Assembly: GCA_030154225.1 (NCBI GenBank)
Contig: JASKKI010000003.1
Span: forward strand, 14,217-78,216
DNA: 64,000 nucleotides
From: Clostridia bacterium
Lineage (GTDB): Bacteria > Bacillota > Peptococcia > Peptococcales > BICA1-8
Reading direction: 5' to 3'
The notes under the pieces were generated by a model. That model was not told the DNA's origin. It made no database searches and was given only the letters and a program-made list of their open reading frames with translations. The translations under genes were made by a program, and so were the position numbers. The number at the start of each line of letters is the position of its first letter. Position 1 is the stretch's first letter. Positions 37,996 through 48,372 of the stretch are shown here, piece after piece.

Positions 37996-39345
37996 TTAGC
38001 GAATTGAAATTTCGAATTCTTTGGGCTTGGTCATTCTAACTATCCTTACATCTTCACCAGTATCAGCATTAACAAAAAGAATAAATCTTTCACTATCCAT
38101 TTTACCCCTTACTTCATAGCAGAGGATTTCTGTAGTTTCATATTCACTAGGAACTAGTGCCAGGTTTACTTGTTCTACTTTAAAATTGGGATTCATATCA
38201 TCGGTTACTTGCTGTTCCTGTAATTTGGGTGTAGATAAGGTGCGTTCCCGGTGGTAAGAAAGATAACTGGTTTGGTCAAAACTAATTACCTGACCATTAT
38301 CCAGGGCAACATGGGTTCTCACCATATCGGAATATAATCGTACTCCTTGTTGAGTAGGTACAAATGTAAGGATAGCTGTGTTGGTATCTGTATCTATTTC
38401 AACAAGGTCCATATTATTAAAACCATGTTCCTCAAGGAATTTTCGCGCCTCCTCTTCAGCAGCCTTAAAATCTATATTAGCTTCCTTGATCGGCCGCTGC
38501 ATATACATTTGAATTACCTGACCACCTTTTTTAGTCACTTCAACATATGTAGGAATCTCTTCCCCTTTTTTAAATGTTCGTACACCGTAAGTAGGAATCT
38601 TACCATTAGAACTAAAACTCATTTCAGCTTTAGTAATGGGCCCATCATGGTCATTCATAAATTTTCTGGCTATTTCTATTGCTTCATTTTCCGATATTTC
38701 TTTACCGCCAATGGGTTGAGGTTCAGGTTCTATCTTTTGCACACCTTCATCAAATTGTAAATCTGGGAAAGCCTTAACCTTATCTTCAATTGTTCTAAAT
38801 CCATCGGTAATGGTATTATCCGCCAAATCCTGACCTTTTCTTAATACTACTGTTTCCACCTCAACGAAACTTAAGTCTCTATCTAACACTGCTGCTTCGA
38901 TATTTTGCAACTCATTTTTTACTATTTTTGATCTTTTATAAAGCTCTTGCAGCTTATTCCATTCTTTTTCTGTCAGATCTTCTTTTTGCAGCTTATTTTT
39001 TTTCAGAATATAGTAGCTATAATCAGCTATATCATTTAAAAGTTGATCTGTTTTATCTAATTCAACCATTGTGATAGGTATTCCACCTAAATTGGAACTG
39101 GCGGAAAAGGTTTCACGCCATAAATTTGTTAAACTGAGCATAATTTGCTCCGGACTAGAACTTACTAGTGTCTGAGCCAACTGGGAATTGATAGTATCTA
39201 CATTCCAGACTAATTCATGGAAGCTTCTTTGATACTGGCTCTCAGCTCTACGGATCAGGTCCTGGTTTATACGATACTGATTATAGGCAAAATAGCCTGT
39301 GATCAGTAAAGCAACCAATAAGATAGGAATTACTACTTTACGCAA
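37996..39345 (-). CDS. ypeB: germination protein YpeB
   Basis: 449 aa. N-terminal TM helix, QYQRSFHEL region and C-terminal PepSY-like repeats. Lies directly downstream of sleB. Confidence 0.88.
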   Translation of the reverse strand: MRKVVIPILLVALLITGYFAYNQYRINQDLIRRAESQYQRSFHELVWNVDTINSQLAQTLVSSSPEQIMLSLTNLWRETFSASSNLGGIPITMVELDKTDQLLNDIADYSYYILKKNKLQKEDLTEKEWNKLQELYKRSKIVKNELQNIEAAVLDRDLSFVEVETVVLRKGQDLADNTITDGFRTIEDKVKAFPDLQFDEGVQKIEPEPQPIGGKEISENEAIEIARKFMNDHDGPITKAEMSFSSNGKIPTYGVRTFKKGEEIPTYVEVTKKGGQVIQMYMQRPIKEANIDFKAAEEEARKFLEEHGFNNMDLVEIDTDTNTAILTFVPTQQGVRLYSDMVRTHVALDNGQVISFDQTSYLSYHRERTLSTPKLQEQQVTDDMNPNFKVEQVNLALVPSEYETTEILCYEVRGKMDSERFILFVNADTGEDVRIVRMTKPKEFEISIR

Positions 39346-39360
39346 AATACATCCTCCCTT

Positions 39361-40056
39361 CTATATACCGAAAACATGTTTGCCTATGCGCAACATAATT
39401 CTCCGGGACCAAATCCATCTAGAAGTTGCAGTAGCAGGGTTCCAATAATACAATGCCCCGTGGGTTGGGTCATATCCGCTAATGGCTGCCCTTGCCGCCT
39501 TTAAAGAAGTACTGGTGGGGGGTCGGAAATACTGCCCGTCTCTTACTGCATCAAAAGCTCCTGGCTGGAAGCAAACTCCATAAACTGTATTAGGAAATTT
39601 GCTACTTTTTACCCTATTAAGGATTACTGCCCCTACTGCTACTTGCCCTATATATGGTTCCCCCCTGGCCTCACCTGTTATCATTTTAGCCAGAATAGTT
39701 ACATCATTACTACTAGTAGTTGTTTTACCCCTTTGGGCGGTTACTTTACCGGGACTTGCTTTATTTAAAGCAGCCCAAGTAGCTGGTCCTACAACACCAT
39801 CGACCTTTAACCCAAAGCGGCTTTGGAACCATTTTACGGAACGGAGAGTTTGCCACCCATAAATTCCGTCTATTTTTCCTTTATGGTAACCCAACTTTTT
39901 TAATTTACTCTGCAAGGTTTTAACATCCTGACCTGTAGAACCATAAACTAAAGTTCTATAGCCAAGGACACTGATAAAATCCATTCCCACAAAAACTATA
40001 AGGGTTGTTAAAAGCATAATAAAAGCCATCGCTTTTATTTTGGTATTTCCCAACAA
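39361..40056 (-). CDS. sleB: spore cortex-lytic enzyme SleB
   Basis: PG_binding_1 region ([19 protein letters not shown]) plus the hydrolase motif [25 protein letters not shown] start after AAGGAGG. Confidence 0.9.
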   Translation of the reverse strand: MLGNTKIKAMAFIMLLTTLIVFVGMDFISVLGYRTLVYGSTGQDVKTLQSKLKKLGYHKGKIDGIYGWQTLRSVKWFQSRFGLKVDGVVGPATWAALNKASPGKVTAQRGKTTTSSNDVTILAKMITGEARGEPYIGQVAVGAVILNRVKSSKFPNTVYGVCFQPGAFDAVRDGQYFRPPTSTSLKAARAAISGYDPTHGALYYWNPATATSRWIWSRRIMLRIGKHVFGI

Positions 40057-40113
40057 TTAATTAACCTCCTTTCTAATCAAGTAAACTTTTGCAAAAATAT
40101 TATTTGTAATTAT

Positions 40114-40146
40114 AAAAAAACTATGCCCTTAAGAGCATAGTTTTTT
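40114..40146. terminator. Bidirectional-type terminator AAAAAACTATGC-N8-GCATAGTTTTTT
   Basis: Stem CTATGC/GCATAG flanked by A and T runs, upstream of sleB. Confidence 0.55.
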
Positions 40147-40305
40147 AGTAAAATTCCTCCAGGAAAATACCACGGTAATAAGCCATAAATAAGTTCATAC
40201 TTTCGTTAGATAAAATAGTTTTACCTAAAAGAGTAAAAATTAGCCCACTTCTTAATACTGAGGAAGATTTATTTTTTGTTCTGCATTTAGCTACTATTAT
40301 TGCCT

Positions 40306-40333
40306 AAAAAAAACTGAGCTATGCTCAGTTTTT
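40306..40333. terminator. Bidirectional-type terminator AAAAAACTGAGC-TAT-GCTCAGTTTTT
   Basis: Stem CTGAGC/GCTCAG flanked by A and T runs, downstream of the 63-aa gene. Confidence 0.6.
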
Positions 40334-40349
40334 GGTCGATAGTCGATAG
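40332..40349 (+). repeat. Family D repeat TTGGTCGATAGTCGATAG (left, forward copy)
   Basis: A perfect 18-nt inverted match lies at 43064-43081. Confidence 0.85.
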
Positions 40350-40356
40350 TATTCAG

Positions 40357-40414
40357 GAGGCAAGAGGCAAGACTAAATCCTGCTTCCTGTTTCCTGCATC
40401 CTGCTTCTTGCTTG
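40357..40414. repeat. Family C repeat (GCAAGA words) as an imperfect inverted pair
   Basis: GGAGGCAAGAGGCAAGAC ... CTGCTTCTTGCTTG. It abuts the stop codon of the 63-aa gene. Confidence 0.65.
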
Positions 40415-40606
40415 TTACAGTTTTCTATCATATTCCTCTACCAAACTATCAAAAAGCTCCTCAATATTTATTTTAGATGATACAGCGTTTGGCCTAAAGG
40501 CATAATGCTTTTTGGATGATTGTGCGGCGTCCATCATTTCCACAAATAATTTAACGGATTTAATTGGGAGGTCTAACAATTCTGCTGCTCTTTGGATATT
40601 TTTCAT
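40415..40606 (-). CDS. hypothetical small protein (63 aa)
   Basis: AAAGGGGGTG SD upstream of the ATG. Helical, charged sequence. No family recognised. Confidence 0.55.
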   Translation of the reverse strand: MKNIQRAAELLDLPIKSVKLFVEMMDAAQSSKKHYAFRPNAVSSKINIEELFDSLVEEYDRKL

Positions 40607-40643
40607 TAAAAAGCACCCCCTTTCTCCGAATTTCAGTAAACCC

Positions 40644-40707
40644 GACCCATTCCTCTAAGGAAAGTACTCCAACCTCACCTCCTTAGGCAGGAATGGGTCT
40701 TTTATTT
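40644..40707. other. Nested two-tier stem-loop of unknown function
   Basis: Outer stem GACCCATTCCT/AGGAATGGGTC (11 bp) and inner stem CTAAGGA/TCCTTAG (7 bp), with an 18-nt loop. On the plus strand TTTTATTT follows. On the minus strand it buries AAGGAGGTGA. Confidence 0.5.
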
Positions 40708-40949
40708 ACTGCTTTACCTATTCTTTTGGAAATAGGTAACAGAGAAAAAAATGTATAATTTATCTTAGCATATTTTTACTGAAAATTATATAATTTTCGG
40801 ATAATTTGAGCATCTTAAATATTTTCCTTTTGAATAAAAATCATTTATTATTTATCGAATTTTTTTATAATTTTATATAATTGTTTAAATAATCAGTTAT
40901 ATTGATTAAAATATAAACATGTAAAAAAATGAACTTGGGAGGCAAGAAC

Positions 40950-42128
40950 ATGAATATCCATGAGTATCAAGGCAAGGAACTTCTACGCAAATACAAAGTA
41001 GCAGTTCCTAACGGTAAAGTAGCCTTTACTGAAGATGAGGCAGTTAATGCAGCAGAACAACTGGGGTCTGCAATTACAGTTGTAAAAGCTCAAATTCATG
41101 CGGGGGGACGGGGAAAAGCAGGCGGGGTAAAAATTGCCAGGAATGTAGATGAAGTACGCCGGTATGCCCGGGAACTGCTGGGGAAAGTACTGGTTACCCA
41201 GCAAACAGGTCCCGGGGGAAAAGAAGTAAAAAGACTTCTTATTGAGGAAGGCTGTGACATACAGCATGAATACTACATCGGAATTGTCCTGGATAGGACC
41301 CTATCCCGTGTTGTCATGATGGTTTCAGAAGAGGGAGGTACGGAAATCGAAGAAGTTGCTGAGAAAACTCCCGAAAAAATATTCAAGGAAGTTATTGACC
41401 CTGCTGTTGGTCTATTAGATTTCCAGGCCAGACGTCTAGCCTATAATATCAACATTCCTAAGGAACTGGTTCCCCAAGCTGTAAAATTTATGCGTGGTCT
41501 TTACCAGGTTTTTGTTGAAAAGGATTGCTCTATTGCCGAAATAAATCCCCTTGTAATAACTGGGGACGGAAAAGTTATAGCCCTGGATGCTAAACTAAAT
41601 TTCGATTCTAATGCTCTCTACCGGCAAAAGGATATTCTGGAATACCGTGACTTAGACGAGGAAGATCCGAAGGAAGTTGAGGCTTCTAAATATGATATTA
41701 GCTATATTTCCTTAGACGGCAATATAGCCTGCATGGTAAATGGCGCCGGGCTGGCCATGGCTACAATGGATATTATCAACTACTACGGCGGGAATCCTGC
41801 AAATTTCTTGGATGTTGGCGGAGGGGCTAATTCAAAAAAAGTTAAGGAAGCATTTAAGATAATTCTTTCCGACAAAAATGTAAAAGGAATATTTGTAAAT
41901 ATATTTGGCGGCATTACCAAGTGTGATGCTATTGCTACAGGTATTATTGAGGCAACTAAACAAATCGGCCTTACCCTGCCGCTGGTGGTCCGCCTTAAAG
42001 GAACAAATGTTGAATTAGGAAATAAGCTTTTGGACCAGTCAGGGTTAAACATTACCACGGCTGACTCTCTGGCTGATGGTGCTGAAAAAATTGTTGCTCT
42101 CGTAAATGGAAAGGTGGGAAATGACTAA
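40950..42128 (+). CDS. sucC: succinate--CoA ligase (ADP-forming) beta subunit
   Basis: [13 protein letters not shown]-terminus. Start set at ATG 40950, 7 nt after GGGAGG. The track begins 21 nt earlier. Confidence 0.95.
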   Translation: MNIHEYQGKELLRKYKVAVPNGKVAFTEDEAVNAAEQLGSAITVVKAQIHAGGRGKAGGVKIARNVDEVRRYARELLGKVLVTQQTGPGGKEVKRLLIEEGCDIQHEYYIGIVLDRTLSRVVMMVSEEGGTEIEEVAEKTPEKIFKEVIDPAVGLLDFQARRLAYNINIPKELVPQAVKFMRGLYQVFVEKDCSIAEINPLVITGDGKVIALDAKLNFDSNALYRQKDILEYRDLDEEDPKEVEASKYDISYISLDGNIACMVNGAGLAMATMDIINYYGGNPANFLDVGGGANSKKVKEAFKIILSDKNVKGIFVNIFGGITKCDAIATGIIEATKQIGLTLPLVVRLKGTNVELGNKLLDQSGLNITTADSLADGAEKIVALVNGKVGND

Positions 42129-43012
42129 TGTCGATCTTAATTAATAAGGATACCCGAGTTTTAGTGCAAGGTATAACAGGCTCAGCAGGCTTATTTCACA
42201 CCCGGCAGATGGCTGCTTACGGAACAAATGTAGTAGCTGGAGTAACACCGGGTAAAAGCGGAACCATGGTTGAAAGTATTCCTATTTTCGATACCGTAGA
42301 TACTGCTGTAAAGAGAACAGGGGCTAATGTTTCCATTATCTTCGTACCGCCGGCCTTTGCAGCCGATGCAATAATGGAAGCAGTTGAGGCCGATTTAGAT
42401 CTCGTTGTCTGCATAACAGAAGGTATTCCTGTCTTAGATATGGTAAAAGTGAAGCGTTACATGGAAGGAAAACGGACCAGGCTGTTAGGGCCTAACTGCC
42501 CGGGTCTGATTACTCCGGAAGAGTGTAAGATTGGTATCATGCCGGGATATATTCATAAGAAAGGAAACATTGGCATTGTTTCCAGGTCCGGTACCCTTAC
42601 ATACGAAGCCGTACACCAGCTTACTCCTAAAGGAATCGGTCAGTCTACAGTTATAGGCATCGGCGGTGACCCCGTAAGTGGGATCAACTTTATTGATGTC
42701 CTGAAGCTGTTCAATGAGGATAAAGATACCTCTGCTGTAGTCATGATTGGAGAAATAGGAGGAACTGCTGAAGAAGAAGCTGCAGAATGGGTTAAGGCTA
42801 ATATGATAAAACCTGTCGTTGGTTTCATCAGCGGCCAGACTGCACCTCCAGGTAAAAGAATGGGTCATGCAGGCGCTATCATATCCGGCGGTAAGGGAAC
42901 AACCGCTGAGAAAATTAGAATCCTGCAGGAAGCCGGCATCAGGGTTGCCGAAACACCTGCTGTAATTGGGGATACACTAGTTGAGGTGTTAATTGAGAAT
43001 GGACTTGTCTGA
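42128..43012 (+). CDS. sucD: succinate--CoA ligase alpha subunit
   Basis: 294 aa with SRSGTLTYE and the phosphohistidine loop MGHAGAI. Confidence 0.96.
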   Translation: MSILINKDTRVLVQGITGSAGLFHTRQMAAYGTNVVAGVTPGKSGTMVESIPIFDTVDTAVKRTGANVSIIFVPPAFAADAIMEAVEADLDLVVCITEGIPVLDMVKVKRYMEGKRTRLLGPNCPGLITPEECKIGIMPGYIHKKGNIGIVSRSGTLTYEAVHQLTPKGIGQSTVIGIGGDPVSGINFIDVLKLFNEDKDTSAVVMIGEIGGTAEEEAAEWVKANMIKPVVGFISGQTAPPGKRMGHAGAIISGGKGTTAEKIRILQEAGIRVAETPAVIGDTLVEVLIENGLV

Positions 43013-43023
43013 CACTGGACACC

Positions 43024-43058
43024 AAATAAATAAACGGGCAAAGCCCGTTTATTTATTT
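43024..43058. terminator. Bidirectional terminator AAATAAATAAACGGGC-AAA-GCCCGTTTATTTATTT
   Basis: 16-bp perfect arms between convergent sucD and the malic enzyme gene. Confidence 0.8.
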
Positions 43059-44328
43059 ATAAGCTATCGACTATCGACCAAGAATTGAACTCGCTGTTTT
43101 TTTTATTTAAAGTCATCATTTTTCTGCAATTTTCTGCTACAACTTCAGGGTCAACCTTTAGCCGAGCAACACCGCTCTTAATTGCAGCTTCGGCAACGGC
43201 AGCTGCTACCGCCGGGGCAACTCTCTCGTCCAAAGGGCTGGGAATTACATAATCCGGCGCTAGTTTATCACCTACAAATTGGGCTATAGCCTGAACTGCA
43301 GCAATTTTCATCTCTTCGTTGATGTCTGTCGCTCTAACATCTAAAGCGCCTCTAAACACGCCGGGGAAAGCGCTTACATTGTTTACCTGATTTGGATAAT
43401 CGGATCGGCCTGTACAGACTACCCTGGCCCCTGCCTCCCTTGCCTCTTCCGGCATAATTTCCGGTGTAGGGTTAGCCATAGCCATAACAATAGGATCGGG
43501 ATTCATGCTTTTTACCATTTCTTTAGTTACCAGCCCGGGGCCGGAAAGACCAATAAACACATCGGCACCTGCTATGGCCTCGGCCAGCTTACCTTTAATT
43601 TTTTCTTTATTTGTTATTTTAGCCATTTTTTCTTTAGCGCTGTTCATTCCTTCCGTTCTGCCTTCATAAATAACACCTGTTCTGTCGCAAAGAATTACAT
43701 TTTGTATACCCATACTGATTAACAGTTTAACTACAGCAGTTGCCGAAGCTCCCGCGCCATTTACTACAACCTTTACTTTTTCAAATTTTTTATTAACTAT
43801 TTTACAGGCATTTACTAATGCTGCCATGGCAACAATAGCTGTTCCGTGCTGGTCATCATGGAAAATAGGAATATTTGTTTCTTTTTTTAGCCTTTCTTCT
43901 ATTTCAAAGCAGCGAGGTGCTGAGATATCTTCAAGGTTGACCCCGCCAAAAGTAGGTTCCAGCATTTTTACTGTCTCCACAATTTTGTCTACTTCTTTAG
44001 TGGCTACACATATAGGGAATGCATCTACACCACCAAAAGTTTTAAACAATACAGCTTTTCCTTCCATAACAGGCAGAGCTGCTTCCGGTCCGATATCACC
44101 CAAACCTAATACTGCAGTACCATCAGAAACAACGGCCACCAAATTCCATTTGGAGGTATATTCATATACTTTACCGACGTCTTTTTCAATTTCTTTACAG
44201 GGCTCAGCTACGCCAGGGCTGTAAGCAAGGGTTAAATCCAGGGAAGTTTTAACAGGTACTTTACTGACAACCTCAATTTTCCCTTTGTTGTCTAAATGCA
44301 GTTTCAGCGCTTGCTCTTTCAGATTCAT
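43057..44328 (-). CDS. NAD(P)-dependent malic enzyme (short, YtsJ/MaeA-like)
   Basis: LAYSPGVAEPC, VSDGTAVLGLGDIG and FHDDQHGTAIV. The extreme C-terminus may be an artefact of repeat read-through. Confidence 0.9.
   Translation of the reverse strand: MNLKEQALKLHLDNKGKIEVVSKVPVKTSLDLTLAYSPGVAEPCKEIEKDVGKVYEYTSKWNLVAVVSDGTAVLGLGDIGPEAALPVMEGKAVLFKTFGGVDAFPICVATKEVDKIVETVKMLEPTFGGVNLEDISAPRCFEIEERLKKETNIPIFHDDQHGTAIVAMAALVNACKIVNKKFEKVKVVVNGAGASATAVVKLLISMGIQNVILCDRTGVIYEGRTEGMNSAKEKMAKITNKEKIKGKLAEAIAGADVFIGLSGPGLVTKEMVKSMNPDPIVMAMANPTPEIMPEEAREAGARVVCTGRSDYPNQVNNVSAFPGVFRGALDVRATDINEEMKIAAVQAIAQFVGDKLAPDYVIPSPLDERVAPAVAAAVAEAAIKSGVARLKVDPEVVAENCRKMMTLNKKNSEFNSWSIVDSL
43064..43081 (-). repeat. 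Family D repeat (right, inverted copy), read into the malic enzyme ORF tail
   Basis: CTATCGACTATCGACCAA is the reverse complement of 40332-40349. It encodes the last residues (SWSIVDS of ...SWSIVDSL) of ORF 43057..44328. Confidence 0.85.
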
Positions 44329-44376
44329 AATAATTCCGCTCCTTTATTTAATAATTATTTTTTACCCCTTTTTTTA

Positions 44377-44940
44377 TTAAATACTATACTCTTCTACACC
44401 TCTTTCATAAAGGTTATTTCCTTCGCAATCAATAGCCACTATACAAGGAAAGTCTTCCACTTCCAGGCGGTAAACAGCCTCCGGACCCAGCTCAGGGTAG
44501 GCTACAACCTCCGCCTTTTTAACAGACCGGGCAATAACTGCAGCCGCCCCGCCAATTGCCGCCAAATATACAGCCCCATACTTTTTCATAGCCTCAATTA
44601 CTTTTCCATTACGGGGTCCTTTACCAATCATGCCTTTTAAGCCCAACTCAATCAATGTCGGGGCATAAGCATCCATTCGTCCGCTGGTAGTGGGGCCGCA
44701 GGAACCAATTGCCTGGCCAGGTTTAGCAGGTGCAGGTCCCACATAATAGATGATTTGATTTTTAAGCTCGATGGGCAGGGCTTTTCCTTCTTTTAAAGCA
44801 TTTACAAGGTTTTTATGAGCCGCATCCCTTCCCGTATAAATGACACCGGTGATGGCTACACGATCACCTGCCTGCAAATCCTTTATTTCGTCAGCAGTTA
44901 AGGGGGTAGTAATCTTTTTTATGCCGGCCATTCCTTTCAC
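44377..44940 (-). CDS. class I (Fe-S) fumarate hydratase, beta (C-terminal domain) subunit
   Basis: 187 aa with GVIYTGRDAAHK and GKGPR motifs. Confidence 0.88.
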   Translation of the reverse strand: MKGMAGIKKITTPLTADEIKDLQAGDRVAITGVIYTGRDAAHKNLVNALKEGKALPIELKNQIIYYVGPAPAKPGQAIGSCGPTTSGRMDAYAPTLIELGLKGMIGKGPRNGKVIEAMKKYGAVYLAAIGGAAAVIARSVKKAEVVAYPELGPEAVYRLEVEDFPCIVAIDCEGNNLYERGVEEYSI

Positions 44941-44949
44941 TCCCTTTTA

Positions 44950-45795
44950 CTATAAAATTGCTTCACTGTGCCTGGAAGCATGACAGTTTAAATTCACCGC
45001 TACCGGTAAGGTAGCGATATGGGTGGGGAAGGCTTCAATATGAACAGCCAGAGCGGTAACTCTGCCTCCCAAGCCCTGAGGCCCAATACCCAGGCGATTA
45101 ATTTTTTCTAAAAGTTCTTCTTCCAAGGCTCGATAGTTGGAATCAGGGTTATACTCCCCTGCTTTACGGGTCAGCGCTTTTTTGGCCAGTATAGTTGCTT
45201 TTTCCATGGTTCCGCCTATGCCTACTCCAACAACAACAGGCGGGCAGGGGTTACCACCGGCCTCCCGGACAGTTTTCAGAATGAATTCTTTAACTCCTTC
45301 TATACCGTCAGAGGGCTTAAGCATTTTTAACGCACCCATATTTTCACTTCCGGCACCTTTAGGGACAATCATGATTTTTAATTTATCGCCAGGAACGATT
45401 TCCATATGGATTACTGCCGGAGTATTATCACCGGTATTCTTCCGTAAAAAAACCGGATCGTTTACTACCGATTTCCTCAGATATCCATCTTTATAACCCT
45501 GGCGCACACCCTCATTGATGGCATCAACCAGGCTTCCTCCTGTAATGTGTACATCCTGACCCATTTCAACATATACCACCGTAATACCTGTATCCTGACA
45601 CATTGCTTGGGTCTCCCGGCGGGCCAGCTGCACATTGTCTATTATTTGCGCAAAGATATACTTGCCAAATTCCGATTCTTCTTGGGCCTGATTATTTTTA
45701 ATTAGTTCTTCTACATCCTGGGGCAGGTCACAGGCTGCATTAATACACAATTCCCTGACCGTTTCAACTATTTTGTTAATAGCTATCTCTTTCAT
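44950..45795 (-). CDS. class I (Fe-S) fumarate hydratase, alpha (N-terminal domain) subunit
   Basis: 281 aa with CQDTG and PPVVVGVGIGG. Confidence 0.88.
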   Translation of the reverse strand: MKEIAINKIVETVRELCINAACDLPQDVEELIKNNQAQEESEFGKYIFAQIIDNVQLARRETQAMCQDTGITVVYVEMGQDVHITGGSLVDAINEGVRQGYKDGYLRKSVVNDPVFLRKNTGDNTPAVIHMEIVPGDKLKIMIVPKGAGSENMGALKMLKPSDGIEGVKEFILKTVREAGGNPCPPVVVGVGIGGTMEKATILAKKALTRKAGEYNPDSNYRALEEELLEKINRLGIGPQGLGGRVTALAVHIEAFPTHIATLPVAVNLNCHASRHSEAIL

Positions 45796-45836
45796 ATCAA
45801 TCCACCTCCCAATCTCGTAATACTACATATTTCAAC

Positions 45837-46580
45837 CTATTTGGTGAACAAGGATTTAATTGAGTACCAGGAAACCTGACCTTTTAGCTCAGCCAGGGAC
45901 TCCGTCAGCGGAATCTCTTTAGGACAGGAGCGGACGCAGTTTTGCGAGTTACCGCATTCCATGATGCCGCCTTTATCCATTAATGCTTTATAGCGGGCTT
46001 CTTTTTTATTTTGCCCTACTGGATGCAGGTTAAAGAGGTTAGCCTGGCCCACGGCATGGGGCCCAATGAAAGTCGTCTTATCATTATAATTGGGGCATGA
46101 TTGGGCACAAACACCACAGGTCATACAGCGGGACAAATTATATCTTTTTTCCTGAATTTCCTGGGATATTTTGGGGCCTGGTCCTAAATTAAAGGTGCCG
46201 TCAATATCAACCCAGGCTTTAACCTTTCTTAAGGCATCAAATAAGGCCGTCCGGTCGACAAGCAAGTCACGAACCAGCTTAAATTTATCCAGCGGCTCTA
46301 AGGTAATAGGCTGTTCCAGGCTGTCAACTAAAGCAGTACAAGCTTGACGGGCTTTGCCGTTAATAACCATGGAACATGCACCACATACTTCTTCCAGACA
46401 ATTACTTTCATAAACAACCGGTGTAGTTTTTTCACCTTTTGCATTTACAGGCTTTTTAGCAATGTACATTAACAACGAAATAATATTTAGATTCGGTTTA
46501 TAGGGAACTTTAAATTCTTCCCAGTAAGGTTGGGCCTGAGGACTATTTTGTCTTTTTATTTTTACATGTACTGTTTTCAT
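45837..46580 (-). CDS. sdhB: succinate dehydrogenase/fumarate reductase iron-sulfur subunit
   Basis: 247 aa with Cys clusters CLEEVCGAC, CMTCGVCAQSCP and CGNSQNCVRSCP. Confidence 0.92.
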   Translation of the reverse strand: MKTVHVKIKRQNSPQAQPYWEEFKVPYKPNLNIISLLMYIAKKPVNAKGEKTTPVVYESNCLEEVCGACSMVINGKARQACTALVDSLEQPITLEPLDKFKLVRDLLVDRTALFDALRKVKAWVDIDGTFNLGPGPKISQEIQEKRYNLSRCMTCGVCAQSCPNYNDKTTFIGPHAVGQANLFNLHPVGQNKKEARYKALMDKGGIMECGNSQNCVRSCPKEIPLTESLAELKGQVSWYSIKSLFTK

Positions 46581-46594
46581 TTACTTTCCCCCCT

Positions 46595-48337
46595 TTATTT
46601 ACTATCTACATCATATACCCGTTTAACAGGCTTAATCTCGCCGGCATCAACAGGTACATAGGAAAATTGAGGTCCATCAGGAGTGTATGCAGCTTTAGTA
46701 GTCTTCATCCAGTTTTCATCATCCCGTTGGGGGAAATCAGGCTTATAGTGGGCTCCCCTGCTCTCGTTACGATAATAGGCCCCTAAAGTAATTACTCTGG
46801 CCAGCTCCAGCATATCCCATAAGCGGCGGGTAAAATGAACACTCTGGTTGCTCCATTTTCCGGTATCGGGAATACCGATATCCTGGTATCTTTCCATTAG
46901 TTCCTGAATTTTTTCATCGGTTTCTTTTAATTTGTCGTTATAACGAACCACCGTAACATTATCTGTCATCCAATTGCCCAGCTCCTCATGGAGTTCATAG
47001 GGATTCTCCCGGCCCGACATCTTATAAACCTTTTCCACCAATTCGGTTTGCTTTCTGACTTCCCGTTCATAAACAGAAGCAGGTATTTCTTTGTTTTTAT
47101 CGCTGCCGTTAATATAGTCTGCTGCAGCGGGACCGGCTACCATACCGGAATATACCGTGGAAAGCAGGGAATTGGCGCCTAATCTGTTTGCTCCATGGAA
47201 TTCATAATCACATTCCCCGATGGCGAAAAGTCCGGGTATATTTGTCATTTGTTTATAATCAACCCATAATCCGCCCATTGTGTAGTGCATACCAGGGAAT
47301 ATTTTCATGGGAACCTTGCGGGGGTCATCACCAATGAATTTTTCATAGATTTCAAGAATACCGTACAATTTTCTATCCAGCTCTTCCCGGGGAATGTGGG
47401 ATACATCCAGATAAACCATGTTTTCACCATTAATACCCAGCTTCTGATTGACACAAACGTCAAAGATCGCCCGGGTAGCAATATCTCTGGGGACCAAATT
47501 ACCATAAGCTGGATACATTTCCTCCAGAAAATACCAGGGCTTTCCATCCTTATAAGTCCAAACCCGGCCGCCTTCTCCCCGGGCCGATTCAGACATGAGG
47601 CGCAGTTTGTCTTCTCCCGGGATAGCTGTCGGGTGTACCTGAATGAATTCACCATTAGCGTATATGGCCCCTTGACGATATACGGCACTTTGCGCACTTC
47701 CTGTATTGATGGTTGAGTTGGTACTTCTTCCGAAAATCATGCCGATTCCACCGGTAGCTAGAATTACTGCTCCGGCCGGGAAATGCTTTATTTCCATAGT
47801 AGCCAGATCCTGGGCAACCACTCCCACACATTTTCCCTCATCATCCAAAACGGCGGAGAGAAAATCCCAGCCTATATACATTTTTACTTTGCCTTGATCC
47901 TCAAAACGCCTTACCTGTTCATCAAGGGCATATATTAGCTGCTGACCGGTTGTGGCTCCTGCAAAGGCTGTTCTCGCAAATTTTGTACCACCAAAACGCC
48001 TGAAATCAAGGTTTCCTTCAGGTGTTCTGTTAAAGGGCACACCCATCCGGTCAAAAAGGTAGATAATATGGGGGGCAGCTTCACACATAGCTTTAACAGG
48101 AGGCTGGTTAGCTAAAAAGTCTCCCCCGTAAATAGTGTCATAAAAATGCTGCCAGGGAGAGTCCCCCTCCTTTTTAGTATCAATTGCGGCATTAATACCG
48201 CCTTGAGCACAAACTGAATGGGAACGCTTCACAGGGACAAGGGAAATCAAATCTACAGTTAAGCCGCTTTCTACCCCTTTAATAACAGCAGAAAGGCCTG
48301 CCAGACCTCCTCCGACCACGACTATCTTTTTTGACAT
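46595..48337 (-). CDS. sdhA: succinate dehydrogenase/fumarate reductase flavoprotein subunit
   Basis: 580 aa with FAD motif VVGGGLAGL, the HSVCAQGG histidine site and HPTAIPG. Confidence 0.95.
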   Translation of the reverse strand: MSKKIVVVGGGLAGLSAVIKGVESGLTVDLISLVPVKRSHSVCAQGGINAAIDTKKEGDSPWQHFYDTIYGGDFLANQPPVKAMCEAAPHIIYLFDRMGVPFNRTPEGNLDFRRFGGTKFARTAFAGATTGQQLIYALDEQVRRFEDQGKVKMYIGWDFLSAVLDDEGKCVGVVAQDLATMEIKHFPAGAVILATGGIGMIFGRSTNSTINTGSAQSAVYRQGAIYANGEFIQVHPTAIPGEDKLRLMSESARGEGGRVWTYKDGKPWYFLEEMYPAYGNLVPRDIATRAIFDVCVNQKLGINGENMVYLDVSHIPREELDRKLYGILEIYEKFIGDDPRKVPMKIFPGMHYTMGGLWVDYKQMTNIPGLFAIGECDYEFHGANRLGANSLLSTVYSGMVAGPAAADYINGSDKNKEIPASVYEREVRKQTELVEKVYKMSGRENPYELHEELGNWMTDNVTVVRYNDKLKETDEKIQELMERYQDIGIPDTGKWSNQSVHFTRRLWDMLELARVITLGAYYRNESRGAHYKPDFPQRDDENWMKTTKAAYTPDGPQFSYVPVDAGEIKPVKRVYDVDSK

Positions 48338-48372
48338 TTCTGTTCCTCCTTTGTTTCATGTATTAGCTTTTT

